From a virus (taxonomy: Duplodnaviria; Caudoviricetes), in the IMG/VR virus record IMGVR_UViG_3300042885_001472: DNA of 64,000 nucleotides. One strand, given 5' to 3'. The position numbers were made by a program, and so were the translations under genes. The first letter of the stretch is position 1; every line of letters starts with the position of its first letter. Below the pieces are notes generated by a model. The model worked only from the letters and a program-made list of their open reading frames with translations. It did no database searches and was not told where the DNA came from. Below, in pieces: positions 27,352 to 38,125 of this stretch.

Positions 27352-29421
27352 ATGAAAAATATAATTCAATTTAGAAATGGGTTTGTGAATCTACCTAAAA
27401 CATCTGAGAATAATTATACTCTCACGATGACTGTTGTTTCTGAATTGTTACAATTTGGATATATTTTAGATAGTTCGGCTATTGAAGGTTTATCAAAAGC
27501 TTCTAAGGAAGATATTATTTCATTCCATAATGAAGTTATTGATTGGTTAAAAATTATGACTGGTTCTAATAGAAACTACAAACCATTTTGGGGTGGGTTT
27601 CCGGAAGAAGTTATGGAAAAAACTGAATGTGAACTTTGGTTTCATCAAATTACTCATTACTTATTTCAAGGTTCTTATACCCCTTCAGAGTGGACTAAAG
27701 TTAGACCAACCGCGTTTGAACAACCAGAGTATACTAAAATCACTAGTAGTGATGAAGATAAATTTTTAAATATATTCACAGATCTTGTAAGTGTAAATCA
27801 GTCATTAACCCAAAGTGATTTGGAAATTGTTAAATGGTTTGTTAGTTCCGGACAAGAATTAAGATTTCCACAAACAATTCCGTTTAAAGAAAATCTTTGT
27901 ACGCTAGCTGCTATGGGTATTAAAGTACCGGTTAAAACTGTTACTGATGTATTAAGAATAGCTGTAAGTATGTCTAGTGGTGATATATCATTACCTAAAG
28001 TACCAGAAAAGTTAGTTAAATATAACTCTTGGAGTTCACATAAAGTTGAAAACACTCAAAGGGAAAACTTCAAATTTAAAAAGTTTACTCGTAAAGAACG
28101 TAGATTCTTGTTGGAACTTTTAGAACAAACTAATTGTGACGCGTCTGAAGCTGTATTAAAAAGCCAAAGATGGGTTAGATTAGGTGAGATGTTACACCCA
28201 GGTGAATATTCAACTAAATACCCAAAAGCGTACACTATGTTTAATACTATTAGAAACGAAAAAGTTTCTTCTTGGTATGGTAAAGTTGATAAATCTTTTA
28301 AAGAGTCATTTGATTCTGGTATAAATAAATTATCAGAAAGACCAGGTGAATTTGTTAGGAAATTAGATTGGTTAATTAGAACTAATGGTAATCAATCATC
28401 TAAAATTATTAATACTTTAAAGAATGTTTCTATGAAAGTATCTAATAAAGTTTTATTTGAAACATATGGTCACTTCTCAAAAAGAGTTGATGTTAAACAA
28501 AACAGAAATATATCTTTAAAAGGTGGCCGTAAAAGAATTACATTACCGGAGTTACAACCATTAAGTCATTACGCTGTTAATAGTGTTCAAAATACGATTA
28601 TTTCATCACTTAAAGATAAATTTTCAACTTTAGAACCTATGGGTAAAGTTTGGATTGATGAGGAACTTTCTAAGATACCTTTACCTTCTAATATGAGATC
28701 TTTAAACCCATCATTAAAACCTAGAGTTAGAGGTATTAGAACACCGATGGGTAATCAAAACTCTAAAGTGATTAGATCATTTGTTCATTGGTTTGATGAA
28801 AATGGTAATAAGGATATTGACTTAAGTGCGACATTCATTGGTATGGGTAAACATAAAATTATTTCTTGGGATAATTCACAAAATGAAGAAGAAGGATATT
28901 TCTCTGGGGACATTAGAAATAGACAAGGGGCTTGTGCTGAGTATATTGATATTAATGTAAAACAATCTTTAAAAAATGGTTTTAAATATGTTGTACTTGA
29001 CGTTAGAAACTTTAATGGTGGATCATTAGCCGATGTTACTGATTGTGTATTTGGGTGGATGGAAAGAGAGTTTCCGGTAGCTAATGAGATATTTGTACCA
29101 GCGACTTTGTCTAACACCATTAGATTAACGAATTCGGCTACTAATACTATTGTGGCGGTAATTGATTTAGAAACACAAGAATACATATTCTTAGACATTG
29201 ATCAGGATGGTATACCGGTGACTAGTTTTAATTATGAGGAGATACTTGAATCAATTAAAGAATACACTGAAAAATGTAAATTCTCTGTATACGATTTATT
29301 AATGTTACATATTCAAAGTAGAGGACAATTAGTAACTAATAAAGAAGATTCAGATAAAATGTTTACTTTTGATGAATTTAGTAGTAATTATATAGAAACT
29401 TTAAAATATATGGGAATTTAA
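27352..29421 (+). CDS. large helical protein with C-terminal TerD-like domain
   Basis: DIDLSATF, SGDIR, GACAEYIDI in the C-terminal third. Confidence 0.7.
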   Translation: MKNIIQFRNGFVNLPKTSENNYTLTMTVVSELLQFGYILDSSAIEGLSKASKEDIISFHNEVIDWLKIMTGSNRNYKPFWGGFPEEVMEKTECELWFHQITHYLFQGSYTPSEWTKVRPTAFEQPEYTKITSSDEDKFLNIFTDLVSVNQSLTQSDLEIVKWFVSSGQELRFPQTIPFKENLCTLAAMGIKVPVKTVTDVLRIAVSMSSGDISLPKVPEKLVKYNSWSSHKVENTQRENFKFKKFTRKERRFLLELLEQTNCDASEAVLKSQRWVRLGEMLHPGEYSTKYPKAYTMFNTIRNEKVSSWYGKVDKSFKESFDSGINKLSERPGEFVRKLDWLIRTNGNQSSKIINTLKNVSMKVSNKVLFETYGHFSKRVDVKQNRNISLKGGRKRITLPELQPLSHYAVNSVQNTIISSLKDKFSTLEPMGKVWIDEELSKIPLPSNMRSLNPSLKPRVRGIRTPMGNQNSKVIRSFVHWFDENGNKDIDLSATFIGMGKHKIISWDNSQNEEEGYFSGDIRNRQGACAEYIDINVKQSLKNGFKYVVLDVRNFNGGSLADVTDCVFGWMEREFPVANEIFVPATLSNTIRLTNSATNTIVAVIDLETQEYIFLDIDQDGIPVTSFNYEEILESIKEYTEKCKFSVYDLLMLHIQSRGQLVTNKEDSDKMFTFDEFSSNYIETLKYMGI

Positions 29422-29426
29422 AATCT

Positions 29427-29595
29427 TTTATCGGCTATTTGTTGAGTTACTTCTAAACTATGTATAAAGCTCACTCACATACTTTCCGATAAATTCATTC
29501 AATGTGGATCAATGGCTACAATCCTCCAGTTACTTCTAAACTTCAAAAAGAAAGAAGAGTCCAAAAAAACGGATACTGGTACACTTTCCACCACA
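29427..29595 (+). ncRNA. two tandem copies of an unknown structured RNA motif
   Basis: Identical AGTTACTTCTAAACT at 29445 and 29528 and ACTTTCC at 29481 and 29583, each inside nested stems. Confidence 0.6.
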
Positions 29596-29665
29596 AAGAA
29601 TAAACGTCAATATGACTGACGTAAGGACTATAGGATAATGTCATATATTATCCCTTCGAAAAAAT

Positions 29666-29694
29666 AAAAAACCTCCTTAATGGGGGTTTTTTTA
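29666..29694 (+). terminator. rho-independent terminator
   Basis: AAAAACCTCC-ttaat-GGGGGTTTTTTT. Confidence 0.7.
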
Positions 29695-29736
29695 TTGACT
29701 CATTAATTTTTTTTGTTTAGATTTAATAAAAAAGTT

Positions 29737-30801
29737 ATGAAAGTTCCAGACAAAGTTATTAACAATTATTTAGAAGATACGACATCTAAATTTAGTGAGT
29801 ATGTATTTAAAAATATTTTAAATAATTCTTATGATGAAAAATTAGTTGAAGATTCTACTTTAGAATTTTATACTAAAAAAAATGGTGGTATTAAACCAAA
29901 CATTAAATGGGTGGATAATCCATTGGTCATTAGAGATATGTATATAGGTGAGAGTGTTAATCTATACTCATCTTATTTTAATGTAAATTGGGTTTATTTT
30001 TATTCATCATTCATTGATTATTTAATTGAAAATAATATTGATACTAAAACAGAATATTTTGATTTAGATGAAGAACTATATTTAGATTCAAAATTAGTTT
30101 TTAATATTTTATCTAATACATTTGGTGTTTGTGAAATCCCCGGAGATGATTTAAAATATAAAGAAATTGTATTAATTAAAAAACCCAATTTAGTTTTAAC
30201 CCAAGATCATAAATTACATTCAATTAAGGGACCAGCTTTTAGTTACGATGACAATAGATTAAGATTCTATTTTATTGAAGGGTTAAAATTTGATGAAGAA
30301 ACTTGGGTTAGAATTATGAAAACTTCATTAAGTAATCCTAGTAGTATGGTTAATGATATTTTAAAAGAAAGTGAAATATTAGAACTTAAAAATTATATTA
30401 CTAAGATTGAAACCACAATTGGTGTACAAGAAGAACTATCTATTAAAAATATTTTATTGATTGAGAATATTGAAGAGAAATCTAAAATCATTAAATATAT
30501 TGGTTATAATATGGTGACAGATGTGGCTAACTTAATAACACAACAATCAATTACAACCCATAAGGGTGACATTGTAAATTATCAGTTATTTGAAATTAAT
30601 CTTGGTTTAGAAATAGATAATATACCCTCAAGATTTGTTAAAGTTGTTTGTTGGAGTACCGGAAAAGAATATGTATTACAAGTAGATCCTAGAGATAAAC
30701 AATGTGAAACACCTATTGGAGCTATAGCTTGGACATGTGTTAAACCAGATGGTAGTAATTGTACTGAGGAAGAATATCTTCAATTAGAATTTCAAACTTA
30801 A
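29737..30801 (+). CDS. DUF6745-like phage protein
   Basis: LHSIKGPA, C-terminal FVKVVCWSTGKEYVLQV..AIAWT. Confidence 0.55.
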   Translation: MKVPDKVINNYLEDTTSKFSEYVFKNILNNSYDEKLVEDSTLEFYTKKNGGIKPNIKWVDNPLVIRDMYIGESVNLYSSYFNVNWVYFYSSFIDYLIENNIDTKTEYFDLDEELYLDSKLVFNILSNTFGVCEIPGDDLKYKEIVLIKKPNLVLTQDHKLHSIKGPAFSYDDNRLRFYFIEGLKFDEETWVRIMKTSLSNPSSMVNDILKESEILELKNYITKIETTIGVQEELSIKNILLIENIEEKSKIIKYIGYNMVTDVANLITQQSITTHKGDIVNYQLFEINLGLEIDNIPSRFVKVVCWSTGKEYVLQVDPRDKQCETPIGAIAWTCVKPDGSNCTEEEYLQLEFQT

Positions 30802-30847
30802 TTGATAATAAACTTTACTATAATAAAAAAAAAGAATATAATTACAT

Positions 30848-31192
30848 ATGAATAAAATGGATAGTAAATTATATGCGAGACATGGAGATGTTTTCATATT
30901 TAAATTAAAAAAAAGTGTACAAAGTAATAATTTTAAAAAACAAGATGAACTTATCTTGGCCTTGGGAGAAGTTACCGGACATTCACATAGAGTAAAATCT
31001 AAAGAACAAGGTGATATCTTATTATTTGAAGATGATTCAAAAATTAATGATTCAACATTATTTGAAATCATTAATGAAAGTGTCTTAACACATGAAGAAC
31101 ACGAACCTATTACATTGTCACCAGGACAATACCTTTCAATAATTCAAACGGAGTATGATCCAATTGAACACAGACGTAAAGTTATAGATTAA
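30848..31192 (+). CDS. His-rich small beta-fold protein (typical partner of DUF6745-like genes)
   Basis: RHGDV, GEVTGHSH, HEEH..ITL.PG.Y. Confidence 0.6.
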   Translation: MNKMDSKLYARHGDVFIFKLKKSVQSNNFKKQDELILALGEVTGHSHRVKSKEQGDILLFEDDSKINDSTLFEIINESVLTHEEHEPITLSPGQYLSIIQTEYDPIEHRRKVID

Positions 31193-31193
31193 A

Positions 31194-31727
31194 ATGAAAT
31201 TAAAAGAGTTATTAGATACAATCACATTTAATGATGGGAATTATACATTGTATGGTGAAAAAGAATTATTAGAATATAAAGAAAAATTATTATTGTGTGA
31301 TGAGTTTAGTGAAGTTGAAGAACTACATTTTATCTCTACACCAGTCGCTATCGTTAATGAAAAAGTATTAAGTAGTGAAACTTTAATGGTTGGTGATGAA
31401 ACTAAAATAAAAGGTAAATGTTATCTTTTATCAACGATGTATACTCCAGAAATGTTTGACCCTAGTACATTCAATAAACCGGTTAAAGATGGGGCTGCGA
31501 TTACACCGATAGTATATAATCCAATATCATTTGAACCAAAAAGAAATATTCTATTATCATTCTCACCGGAACGAAAACAAGTGTTCCCACCATCAGAAGT
31601 TAATGATGAAGAACTATTAAGAAAAGAATTACACGATTTATTAGATAAAGTTTTAGATTCACCTAATGAATATAAGATTAAAGGCACTAGAGGTGTGATG
31701 ATAAGAGGTGTATTTGAAAATAAGTAA
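31194..31727 (+). CDS. hypothetical protein
   Basis: 177-aa ORF. Confidence 0.75.
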   Translation: MKLKELLDTITFNDGNYTLYGEKELLEYKEKLLLCDEFSEVEELHFISTPVAIVNEKVLSSETLMVGDETKIKGKCYLLSTMYTPEMFDPSTFNKPVKDGAAITPIVYNPISFEPKRNILLSFSPERKQVFPPSEVNDEELLRKELHDLLDKVLDSPNEYKIKGTRGVMIRGVFENK

Positions 31728-31755
31728 CATAATAAAGTAAAATAAAATAAATAAA

Positions 31756-32073
31756 ATGACACAACAGTACGGACCACTAATCTTAGTATTTTACATCTTC
31801 AGAGATGTATTATCTAACCCAGAAATAAGAGAACAATACTCAAAGAGTGTTGAAGAATACTTTAACCATAAAGGTGATGATGTAAGAATATTCTTCATAC
31901 CAACAGACACTGAAGAAAGACTTGAATGTGTTAATCCAAAATTCATTGATGATAAAAACACTTATGAACAATTAGTTAAAGATCTTGAAGAAGTGAAACT
32001 AAAATTTGATGTTGGCGTTGATAATGGGTTCAACGATATAACTGATTTAGATATTATAGGAGATGAGGATTAG
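31756..32073 (+). CDS. hypothetical protein
   Basis: 105-aa ORF. Confidence 0.75.
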   Translation: MTQQYGPLILVFYIFRDVLSNPEIREQYSKSVEEYFNHKGDDVRIFFIPTDTEERLECVNPKFIDDKNTYEQLVKDLEEVKLKFDVGVDNGFNDITDLDIIGDED

Positions 32074-32084
32074 TCCTCATTTTT

Positions 32085-32747
32085 TTAATAAGACAATCCC
32101 TTTGTAGTTCTTGTAGAAGTTCTATGAATCCTATCTCTAGTCCAACCGGTAACTTTCATAATCCTTGGATATAACTCACTCCTATTTTCTAAAGTAGATT
32201 TACCAAAAAACATAATATTTTTTATATTAAAATTTTTACAAACATCTTGTAAGGTGTCGTGTAGTCTACCACATTCATAGTAATTTTTACAAGTGATGAT
32301 TTCCATATGATCTTTATCATCCTCAATTATTAATTTATTTAATACACAACAAACTTGTTTAGGTGTTTTATTTGGTAATAAAATTTGTTTTATAATTTCT
32401 AAACAAGTCATCCTATCTTTTTTACGAAAAACCTTAAATGTTTCTTCAACTTTCCAGTTAACCCGATCAATAATTAACCAACCAGGTTCAATCTCTCTGT
32501 TACGAATTATCTTACCTAAACTATCTCTGACAACAATTTCACCTTTTGATACATCTTTAGATTCTAACAACATTAATTCATAATGAACTGGTTTTAATTT
32601 TTTACTATTAACTAATTTTTTGGGTATGATTACTTCATTATTTTTTACCATATTAGAAAATTTAAGTGTAACATTATTTAAATTGGTAGATTTATGAAAT
32701 AATTTACACTTTTTTCCGTTATTATATAGAATAATTTTGTAAGGCAT
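32085..32747 (-). CDS. hypothetical basic protein
   Basis: 220-aa ORF, convergent with the upstream operon. Confidence 0.75.
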   Translation of the reverse strand: MPYKIILYNNGKKCKLFHKSTNLNNVTLKFSNMVKNNEVIIPKKLVNSKKLKPVHYELMLLESKDVSKGEIVVRDSLGKIIRNREIEPGWLIIDRVNWKVEETFKVFRKKDRMTCLEIIKQILLPNKTPKQVCCVLNKLIIEDDKDHMEIITCKNYYECGRLHDTLQDVCKNFNIKNIMFFGKSTLENRSELYPRIMKVTGWTRDRIHRTSTRTTKGLSY

Positions 32748-32808
32748 ATTTGTTTATTAAAAAATTTTAGTTATATTTGTAAAAATAATAAATATCTAAA
32801 ATAAATCA

Positions 32809-32994
32809 ATGGAAACAGTATTCAATATCATAACACCATTTTATAAAACAATTCTATGGTTAAATATGAGGACTAACAGTAAGGGTAGTATGATCTTGGG
32901 ATCAACTAAATTAGAATACCATCCATTTAATAGTGTTATTAAAAATAGTGGGTTAGAAACGATTATGAGTAGTATTAACGAAAACAAAATATAA
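32809..32994 (+). CDS. hypothetical protein
   Basis: 61 aa, after a TAnnTTTG promoter. Confidence 0.5.
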   Translation: METVFNIITPFYKTILWLNMRTNSKGSMILGSTKLEYHPFNSVIKNSGLETIMSSINENKI

Positions 32995-32999
32995 AAAAT

Positions 33000-33692
33000 A
33001 TGAAATACATATCGATTGATATAGAAACAACAGGGTTAGATAGAGAAGTATGTCAGATACTTTCAGTGGGTGCGGTAATAGAAGATACCAATAATCCTCT
33101 ACTATTAACAGAACTACCTACTTTTCATTGTGCGATAAAGAGATCTTCAGTCTATGGTGAATTATACGCTCTCAATATGAATAAAGATTTAATTGAATCA
33201 ATAGTTCAATATCAAACTGCGAAAGATCAGGATGAAAAAAACGATTTAGTTCAAAAGACTGGAATGATATTTTTAGATGAGGATGAAGTGGTAGACGCTT
33301 TATTCCGTTTCTGTTTTGATAATGGTATAGTTGAAGTTGACACTCAATATTTAAGTAAAACAATTAGGTTAGTGGATGGTAAAACATATCCAATGTTAAC
33401 TAGTAATATGGAAAAGGTTTACATAACGGTTGCTGGTAAAAACTTCGCCACCTTTGATAAGATTTTTTTAGAAAGGCTTCCTCGATGGAAACAAGTATTT
33501 AATATTCGTCAACGAATTATAGATCCGTCAATCCTATTTACTGATTGGAAATCAGATGAATCTCTACCTTCATTATTACAATGTAAACAACGAGCCGGAA
33601 TTAAAGGTGAAGTAACACATAATGCGGTTGAAGATGCTATGGATGTAATTCAAATTCTAAGAACTCAATATATAAATCCTAAAAATAAGTAA
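33000..33692 (+). CDS. DEDDh 3'-5' exonuclease (DnaQ/oligoribonuclease-like)
   Basis: [21 protein letters not shown]. Confidence 0.85.
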   Translation: MKYISIDIETTGLDREVCQILSVGAVIEDTNNPLLLTELPTFHCAIKRSSVYGELYALNMNKDLIESIVQYQTAKDQDEKNDLVQKTGMIFLDEDEVVDALFRFCFDNGIVEVDTQYLSKTIRLVDGKTYPMLTSNMEKVYITVAGKNFATFDKIFLERLPRWKQVFNIRQRIIDPSILFTDWKSDESLPSLLQCKQRAGIKGEVTHNAVEDAMDVIQILRTQYINPKNK

Positions 33693-33693
33693 T

Positions 33694-34689
33694 ATGAAAG
33701 ATTACTATAAAATATTAGAAGTACCTGAAGCAGCTACACAGGATGATATTAAAAAATCGTATAGAAAATTGGCTGTACAGTATCATCCGGATAAAAACCC
33801 AGATGACAAAGAATCTGAGGAAAAGTTCAAGGAAATTAATGAAGCTTATGATACGCTTTCAGATACTAAGAAAAAAGAAAAGTATGATCACACCAAAAAA
33901 TATGGTAATGATATGTTTTCTAATATGGATAGAATGGTTAGAGATTTTAATTTTGGTGGAAGGGGAGCTCCTAGAGGTCAAGATTTAAAAATAAATATTG
34001 AACTAACATTAGAAGAAATATTTTCTGGAACTACTAAAAATATAAGATATAATAGACGAGCCCCTTGTAATAGTTGTACTGGGACTGGTGGTAAACAAGA
34101 TAAATGTAGTAGTTGTAATGGTTTTGGATTTTCTAAACATGTACAAAGGGATCAATTTGGTAATACCCATATGGTAATGGGTGTTTGTGGTGAATGTAAT
34201 GGTGGGGGTAAAATCATTAAAGAACCTTGTAGTGTTTGTAACGGTGAATCGTGGAAAATTAATGAAGAATCATTAACAATTAATATACCGGAGGGTATTG
34301 AACATGGTACACCATTCGCTAAAAAAGGTTTTGGTAATCATACATTAAATGGTACTCCTGGTGATCTAATAATCTTTATCATTGAAAAACCACATAACAA
34401 CTTCGTAAGAGATGGGATTGATTTACATACAGATATATCAATACCATATCCAGAATTAGTGTTAGGTACAGAAAAAGAAGTTAAAACGATTAATGGTAAA
34501 ATTAAAATAACATTACCAAATAATAGTAAACCGAATGACATTTTACGAATTAAGAATAAAGGTTTGAAAATAAATGGTAATTTTGGGGATCTTATGTTGA
34601 CTATTAATTTAGAAATGCCTAAAATTGTAACAGACGAATATAAAGAGTTATTAGAAAAATTAAAACAAATCAATAATCAAAATGGGTAA
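33694..34689 (+). CDS. dnaJ: DnaJ chaperone
   Basis: J domain with HPDKN, four CxxCxGxG repeats, C-terminal domain. Confidence 0.95.
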   Translation: MKDYYKILEVPEAATQDDIKKSYRKLAVQYHPDKNPDDKESEEKFKEINEAYDTLSDTKKKEKYDHTKKYGNDMFSNMDRMVRDFNFGGRGAPRGQDLKINIELTLEEIFSGTTKNIRYNRRAPCNSCTGTGGKQDKCSSCNGFGFSKHVQRDQFGNTHMVMGVCGECNGGGKIIKEPCSVCNGESWKINEESLTINIPEGIEHGTPFAKKGFGNHTLNGTPGDLIIFIIEKPHNNFVRDGIDLHTDISIPYPELVLGTEKEVKTINGKIKITLPNNSKPNDILRIKNKGLKINGNFGDLMLTINLEMPKIVTDEYKELLEKLKQINNQNG

Positions 34690-34873
34690 GAGAGAAAAAG
34701 AACACCGTAAAAAAGTTCAGAAAAGAAATGAACGTATTAAACAAGTAAAAACATCATTTCAAAATGAAATGAAAAAAATGTTTGAAGCTAGAATGGAGGA
34801 ATTGAAACTCCAGGAAGAACAAGGGTTGAATGAAATAGTAGAAGTAGAACAAATAAATAATAATAACCAATAA
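34682..34873 (+). CDS. hypothetical basic coiled-coil protein
   Basis: 63 aa, translationally coupled. Confidence 0.65.
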   Translation: MGKREKEHRKKVQKRNERIKQVKTSFQNEMKKMFEARMEELKLQEEQGLNEIVEVEQINNNNQ

Positions 34874-34884
34874 AAAAAAGAAAG

Positions 34885-35328
34885 ATGAATTTCACAGACG
34901 TATCAAAAGAAACACAAAAATTATTTACGAATCTAATAGATGACGCTAATTTAGAACGAGTAATTAACATTAAACTATTAAGTTGTAATGAATTAAAACA
35001 AATCGGTAAAGTTGTTAAGGCGAATGATTTACTTAAATTTATGACCGATAATGATGTCATCATTTTAATTAATGAGGTTATATTTGACCAATTAGAAGGT
35101 GACCAAAAAGAATTAGTCGCCCAAGAATTAATCGCTTATGTTTCTTATGATTTTGAGAAAGCTAAATTAGTAATCACACAACCAGATGTTAACACATTCT
35201 CATTAGTACTTAAAAAAGTTGGTTCTGATAAGTATCTTAGAATTCAAGAGATTATTAGATTGGCGTTTGAACAACTAAAAGAGAAGGAAGCTGATAAAGC
35301 CGCGGCTGAAAAAAACCCTAAAAAATAG
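34885..35328 (+). CDS. hypothetical protein (possibly a degenerate phage metallopeptidase fold)
   Basis: No intact HExxH motif. Confidence 0.45.
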   Translation: MNFTDVSKETQKLFTNLIDDANLERVINIKLLSCNELKQIGKVVKANDLLKFMTDNDVIILINEVIFDQLEGDQKELVAQELIAYVSYDFEKAKLVITQPDVNTFSLVLKKVGSDKYLRIQEIIRLAFEQLKEKEADKAAAEKNPKK

Positions 35329-35351
35329 TTTTTTTAGTATATTTATTACCA

Positions 35352-35525
35352 ATGGATAAAACTACTAAATTTATATTTGAAGAAGGTAAAGATTATTATC
35401 TTGATAAAGGTACTATAGTTTTAACTGAAAGTTATTTGATCAGAAGGGGTAAATGCTGCGGGAGTAGCTGTAAACACTGCCCTTTCTGGCCAACAGAAAA
35501 GGGTAATACAATAATGAAAAAATAA
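35352..35525 (+). CDS. small Cys-rich protein (DUF5522-like; not in the ORF track)
   Basis: YLIRRGKCCGSSCKHCPF. Confidence 0.7.
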   Translation: MDKTTKFIFEEGKDYYLDKGTIVLTESYLIRRGKCCGSSCKHCPFWPTEKGNTIMKK

Positions 35526-35535
35526 AATAAGGGAT

Positions 35536-36144
35536 ATGCCGAATTGGTGTGAAAATAAATTAGAAGTTATCGTAGATAACGAATATAAAAATAAAACTAA
35601 ATTTTTATTAAAAGATTTTTATCTTAGTAATCAAAGTAGAGAAACTTTATTAAGTTTAAACGCTGAAGTAAGAAGACCAAATAATGTTGAGGATGAATTT
35701 GATTGGAATGTAAAACATTGGGGTACTAAATGGGAAATTGAAGAGGTTAGTGTTGACGAAGAAGATGATAAACTCACATATTATTTTGATACTGTCTGGA
35801 GCCCACCACTTGAATGGCTAGAAACGGTGTCTAAAAATTTTCCACACTTAATATTCATTTTAAATTTTGATGAACCAGGTGCGGGGTTATATGGCGGAAT
35901 TCGTGTTGAAAATGGTAGTTTTGTTGAGGAGTGGGATAATGATCAACCAGGAGAACCAGAGAAAGAAGTAACACCGGAAGATGCTTATCAATTACTTGTA
36001 GATGGTGAAACTGTAATGATTAAAGGTTGGGATATGGATGAACCAAGACTTTACGCTGGTGTCACTATGGATGATTACGAAGGGGAAACTAAAGAAGAAA
36101 TTATATCAACATTAGAAAGTTACGATAGTTTACAATATTGGTAA
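35536..36144 (+). CDS. DUF1281/YubB ferredoxin-like fold protein
   Basis: MPNWCEN, WNVKHWGTKW, FDTVWSPP, EPG. Confidence 0.7.
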   Translation: MPNWCENKLEVIVDNEYKNKTKFLLKDFYLSNQSRETLLSLNAEVRRPNNVEDEFDWNVKHWGTKWEIEEVSVDEEDDKLTYYFDTVWSPPLEWLETVSKNFPHLIFILNFDEPGAGLYGGIRVENGSFVEEWDNDQPGEPEKEVTPEDAYQLLVDGETVMIKGWDMDEPRLYAGVTMDDYEGETKEEIISTLESYDSLQYW

Positions 36145-36198
36145 TAATTAATTTGATTTTGTCACAAATTTAGTATATATTTGTGACAAGAATATACT

Positions 36199-36613
36199 GG
36201 GTCCGACATGGTTTTGACAGCTAAGTTGATGATTAGGTGTAAGCACGTAGTGAGATGTCAACTATCACTTAAATCTATGTTGGTAAAAAATAAATGCAAC
36301 AATCGTTAAAAACGAAGTCGGTACTTTAGCCGATGTCCTAATGGCTGAGAAATACAACCTATTAGGTGCTATCAAAGGAACAGAAGCTGAACTAGCCCTT
36401 TCTTAGTTATATCCGGAGAAGTATAGTAACCGGATCGCGTAAAACAGTAAACACTTATTGATACTGGGTGGATAAAATTAGGTCAACTATTTTGGTATTG
36501 TGATAGTAAATTCAAAACACCTTATTTGTCAGTTTATAAAAATTGAATAAACGTGTAGAAGACCAGTTATTAAGTAGTATGGACGAGGGGTTCGATTCCC
36601 TCCGGATCCACTA
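36199..36613 (+). ncRNA. ssrA: tmRNA
   Basis: 5' GGGTCCG pairs with 3' CGGATCC-A, including G3-U70. T arm GAGGGG-TTCGATT-CCCTC; TTTTGAC D-loop analogue; internal tag ORF 36296-36406. Confidence 0.9.
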
Positions 36614-36670
36614 AAAAATCCTCATAGAAATATGGGGATTTTTTTATTATATATAACCATATTTATTTAT

Positions 36671-37417
36671 ATGGTTTCTAATGAAAAAAAATATGTATGT
36701 GAAGATTGTGGGTTAATTTTTAAAAATCCTAAATTAAAAGCTAATCATATTAGATGGGTACACAAGATAGATAAATACACATTAAAAGGTTTGGAGAATT
36801 TAAGACTTTTAACTAAAATTAATAATGATAAAAAATTTGGTGAAAAAATAAAAGAAAAAGTTAAATGTTTTATTTGTGATAATGAATTTATTGTAGAATA
36901 TAGGGTAAATAAAAAGAAAGAAAAATATTTTTGTGGGAGATCTTGTGCTAACACACGTTGTGTAAATCACTCAGAAGTTACTAGACAAAAAATAAGTGAT
37001 AATTTAAAAAAAAGTCTTAATGAAAATGGTAGAGAATTAAAAAATATTGGTAAAAGGATTTTTACATCAAAAGGTGAAATTGAGGTTAGAAATTTTTTTA
37101 TTGAAAATTTTCCTAAAGATAAGTGGACTTTTGGTGGGAGAATAATCTTTAAAGATGAAAGTATAGTAAGAGATTTATATTCTAATTCACTTAAAGTTAT
37201 GGTTGAATATGATGGTATTTGGCATTTTAAAAATATTAAAAACCAATTAGAAAAAAAACAAAAAAAAGATTTTATGATGGAAGAATGGGTTATTTTAAAT
37301 GGTTGGAGGTTAATTAGAGTTAGTGAAGAGATTTATTTAAAAAATAAAGAACAAACCATAGAGATGATTAAAAATTTAATATACAATTCCAGTGAAAAAA
37401 TAATTAAATTGTATTGA
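36671..37417 (+). CDS. homing-type endonuclease: Zn fingers plus Vsr/DUF559-like domain
   Basis: CEDC..H, CFIC, FCGRSC, VEYDGIWH, GWRLIRV. Confidence 0.75.
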   Translation: MVSNEKKYVCEDCGLIFKNPKLKANHIRWVHKIDKYTLKGLENLRLLTKINNDKKFGEKIKEKVKCFICDNEFIVEYRVNKKKEKYFCGRSCANTRCVNHSEVTRQKISDNLKKSLNENGRELKNIGKRIFTSKGEIEVRNFFIENFPKDKWTFGGRIIFKDESIVRDLYSNSLKVMVEYDGIWHFKNIKNQLEKKQKKDFMMEEWVILNGWRLIRVSEEIYLKNKEQTIEMIKNLIYNSSEKIIKLY

Positions 37418-37456
37418 CTTATAACTTTTTTTATAGATATTTTATTAAACTTAAAA

Positions 37457-38122
37457 TTGTCTATGTTGAAAGGTAGTATATATAAGATTAGTAATGTTAT
37501 TAATAATAAAAATTACATTGGTTGTACCACTAAACCCGTTAAAGAACGAGGTAAAGAACATTTTAACCGATGTGTGAATGGTACATCAAAAACTAAATTC
37601 TGTAACTCCATTAGGAAGTATGGTATGGAGAATTTTAAAATTAAATTGTTAACTAAATGTGAATTAAATGAGATGTATGAAAAAGAAAAATATTTTATTA
37701 AAAAATATGATTCTTTTAAGACTGGTTTAAATAGTACTATTGGTGGTGAAGGTTGTACAGGTTATAAACATTCCAAAAGTGTTAGAAAAAAAATCTCATC
37801 ATCATTATTAACTGGTAATTCACATAAGGGTAAAACTTATGATGATATTTATGGTAAAAACTCTAATATAGAAAAAAAGAAACGAAAAATTACCGCTAAA
37901 AAAAATTGGAAAAATTTAACACTTAAACAAAGAGAAAAAAAAATAAAAAAAATTACTTTATCATCACAGAATAAATCAAAATATGGGGTAGAATTGGTGA
38001 CAGAAATTAAGAATAAATTTAAAGAAGGTCATAAAGTTAAAGATTTAAAATTTGTTTACCCACAGGTAACGGAAAGCTTTCTATATGATTTAAAAAATAA
38101 CAGAAGATGGAAAAATGTGTAA
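37457..38122 (+). CDS. GIY-YIG homing endonuclease
   Basis: SIYKISNVINNKNYIGCT..R, EKEKYFI, GLNST.GG. Confidence 0.85.
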   Translation: MSMLKGSIYKISNVINNKNYIGCTTKPVKERGKEHFNRCVNGTSKTKFCNSIRKYGMENFKIKLLTKCELNEMYEKEKYFIKKYDSFKTGLNSTIGGEGCTGYKHSKSVRKKISSSLLTGNSHKGKTYDDIYGKNSNIEKKKRKITAKKNWKNLTLKQREKKIKKITLSSQNKSKYGVELVTEIKNKFKEGHKVKDLKFVYPQVTESFLYDLKNNRRWKNV

Positions 38123-38125
38123 ATT

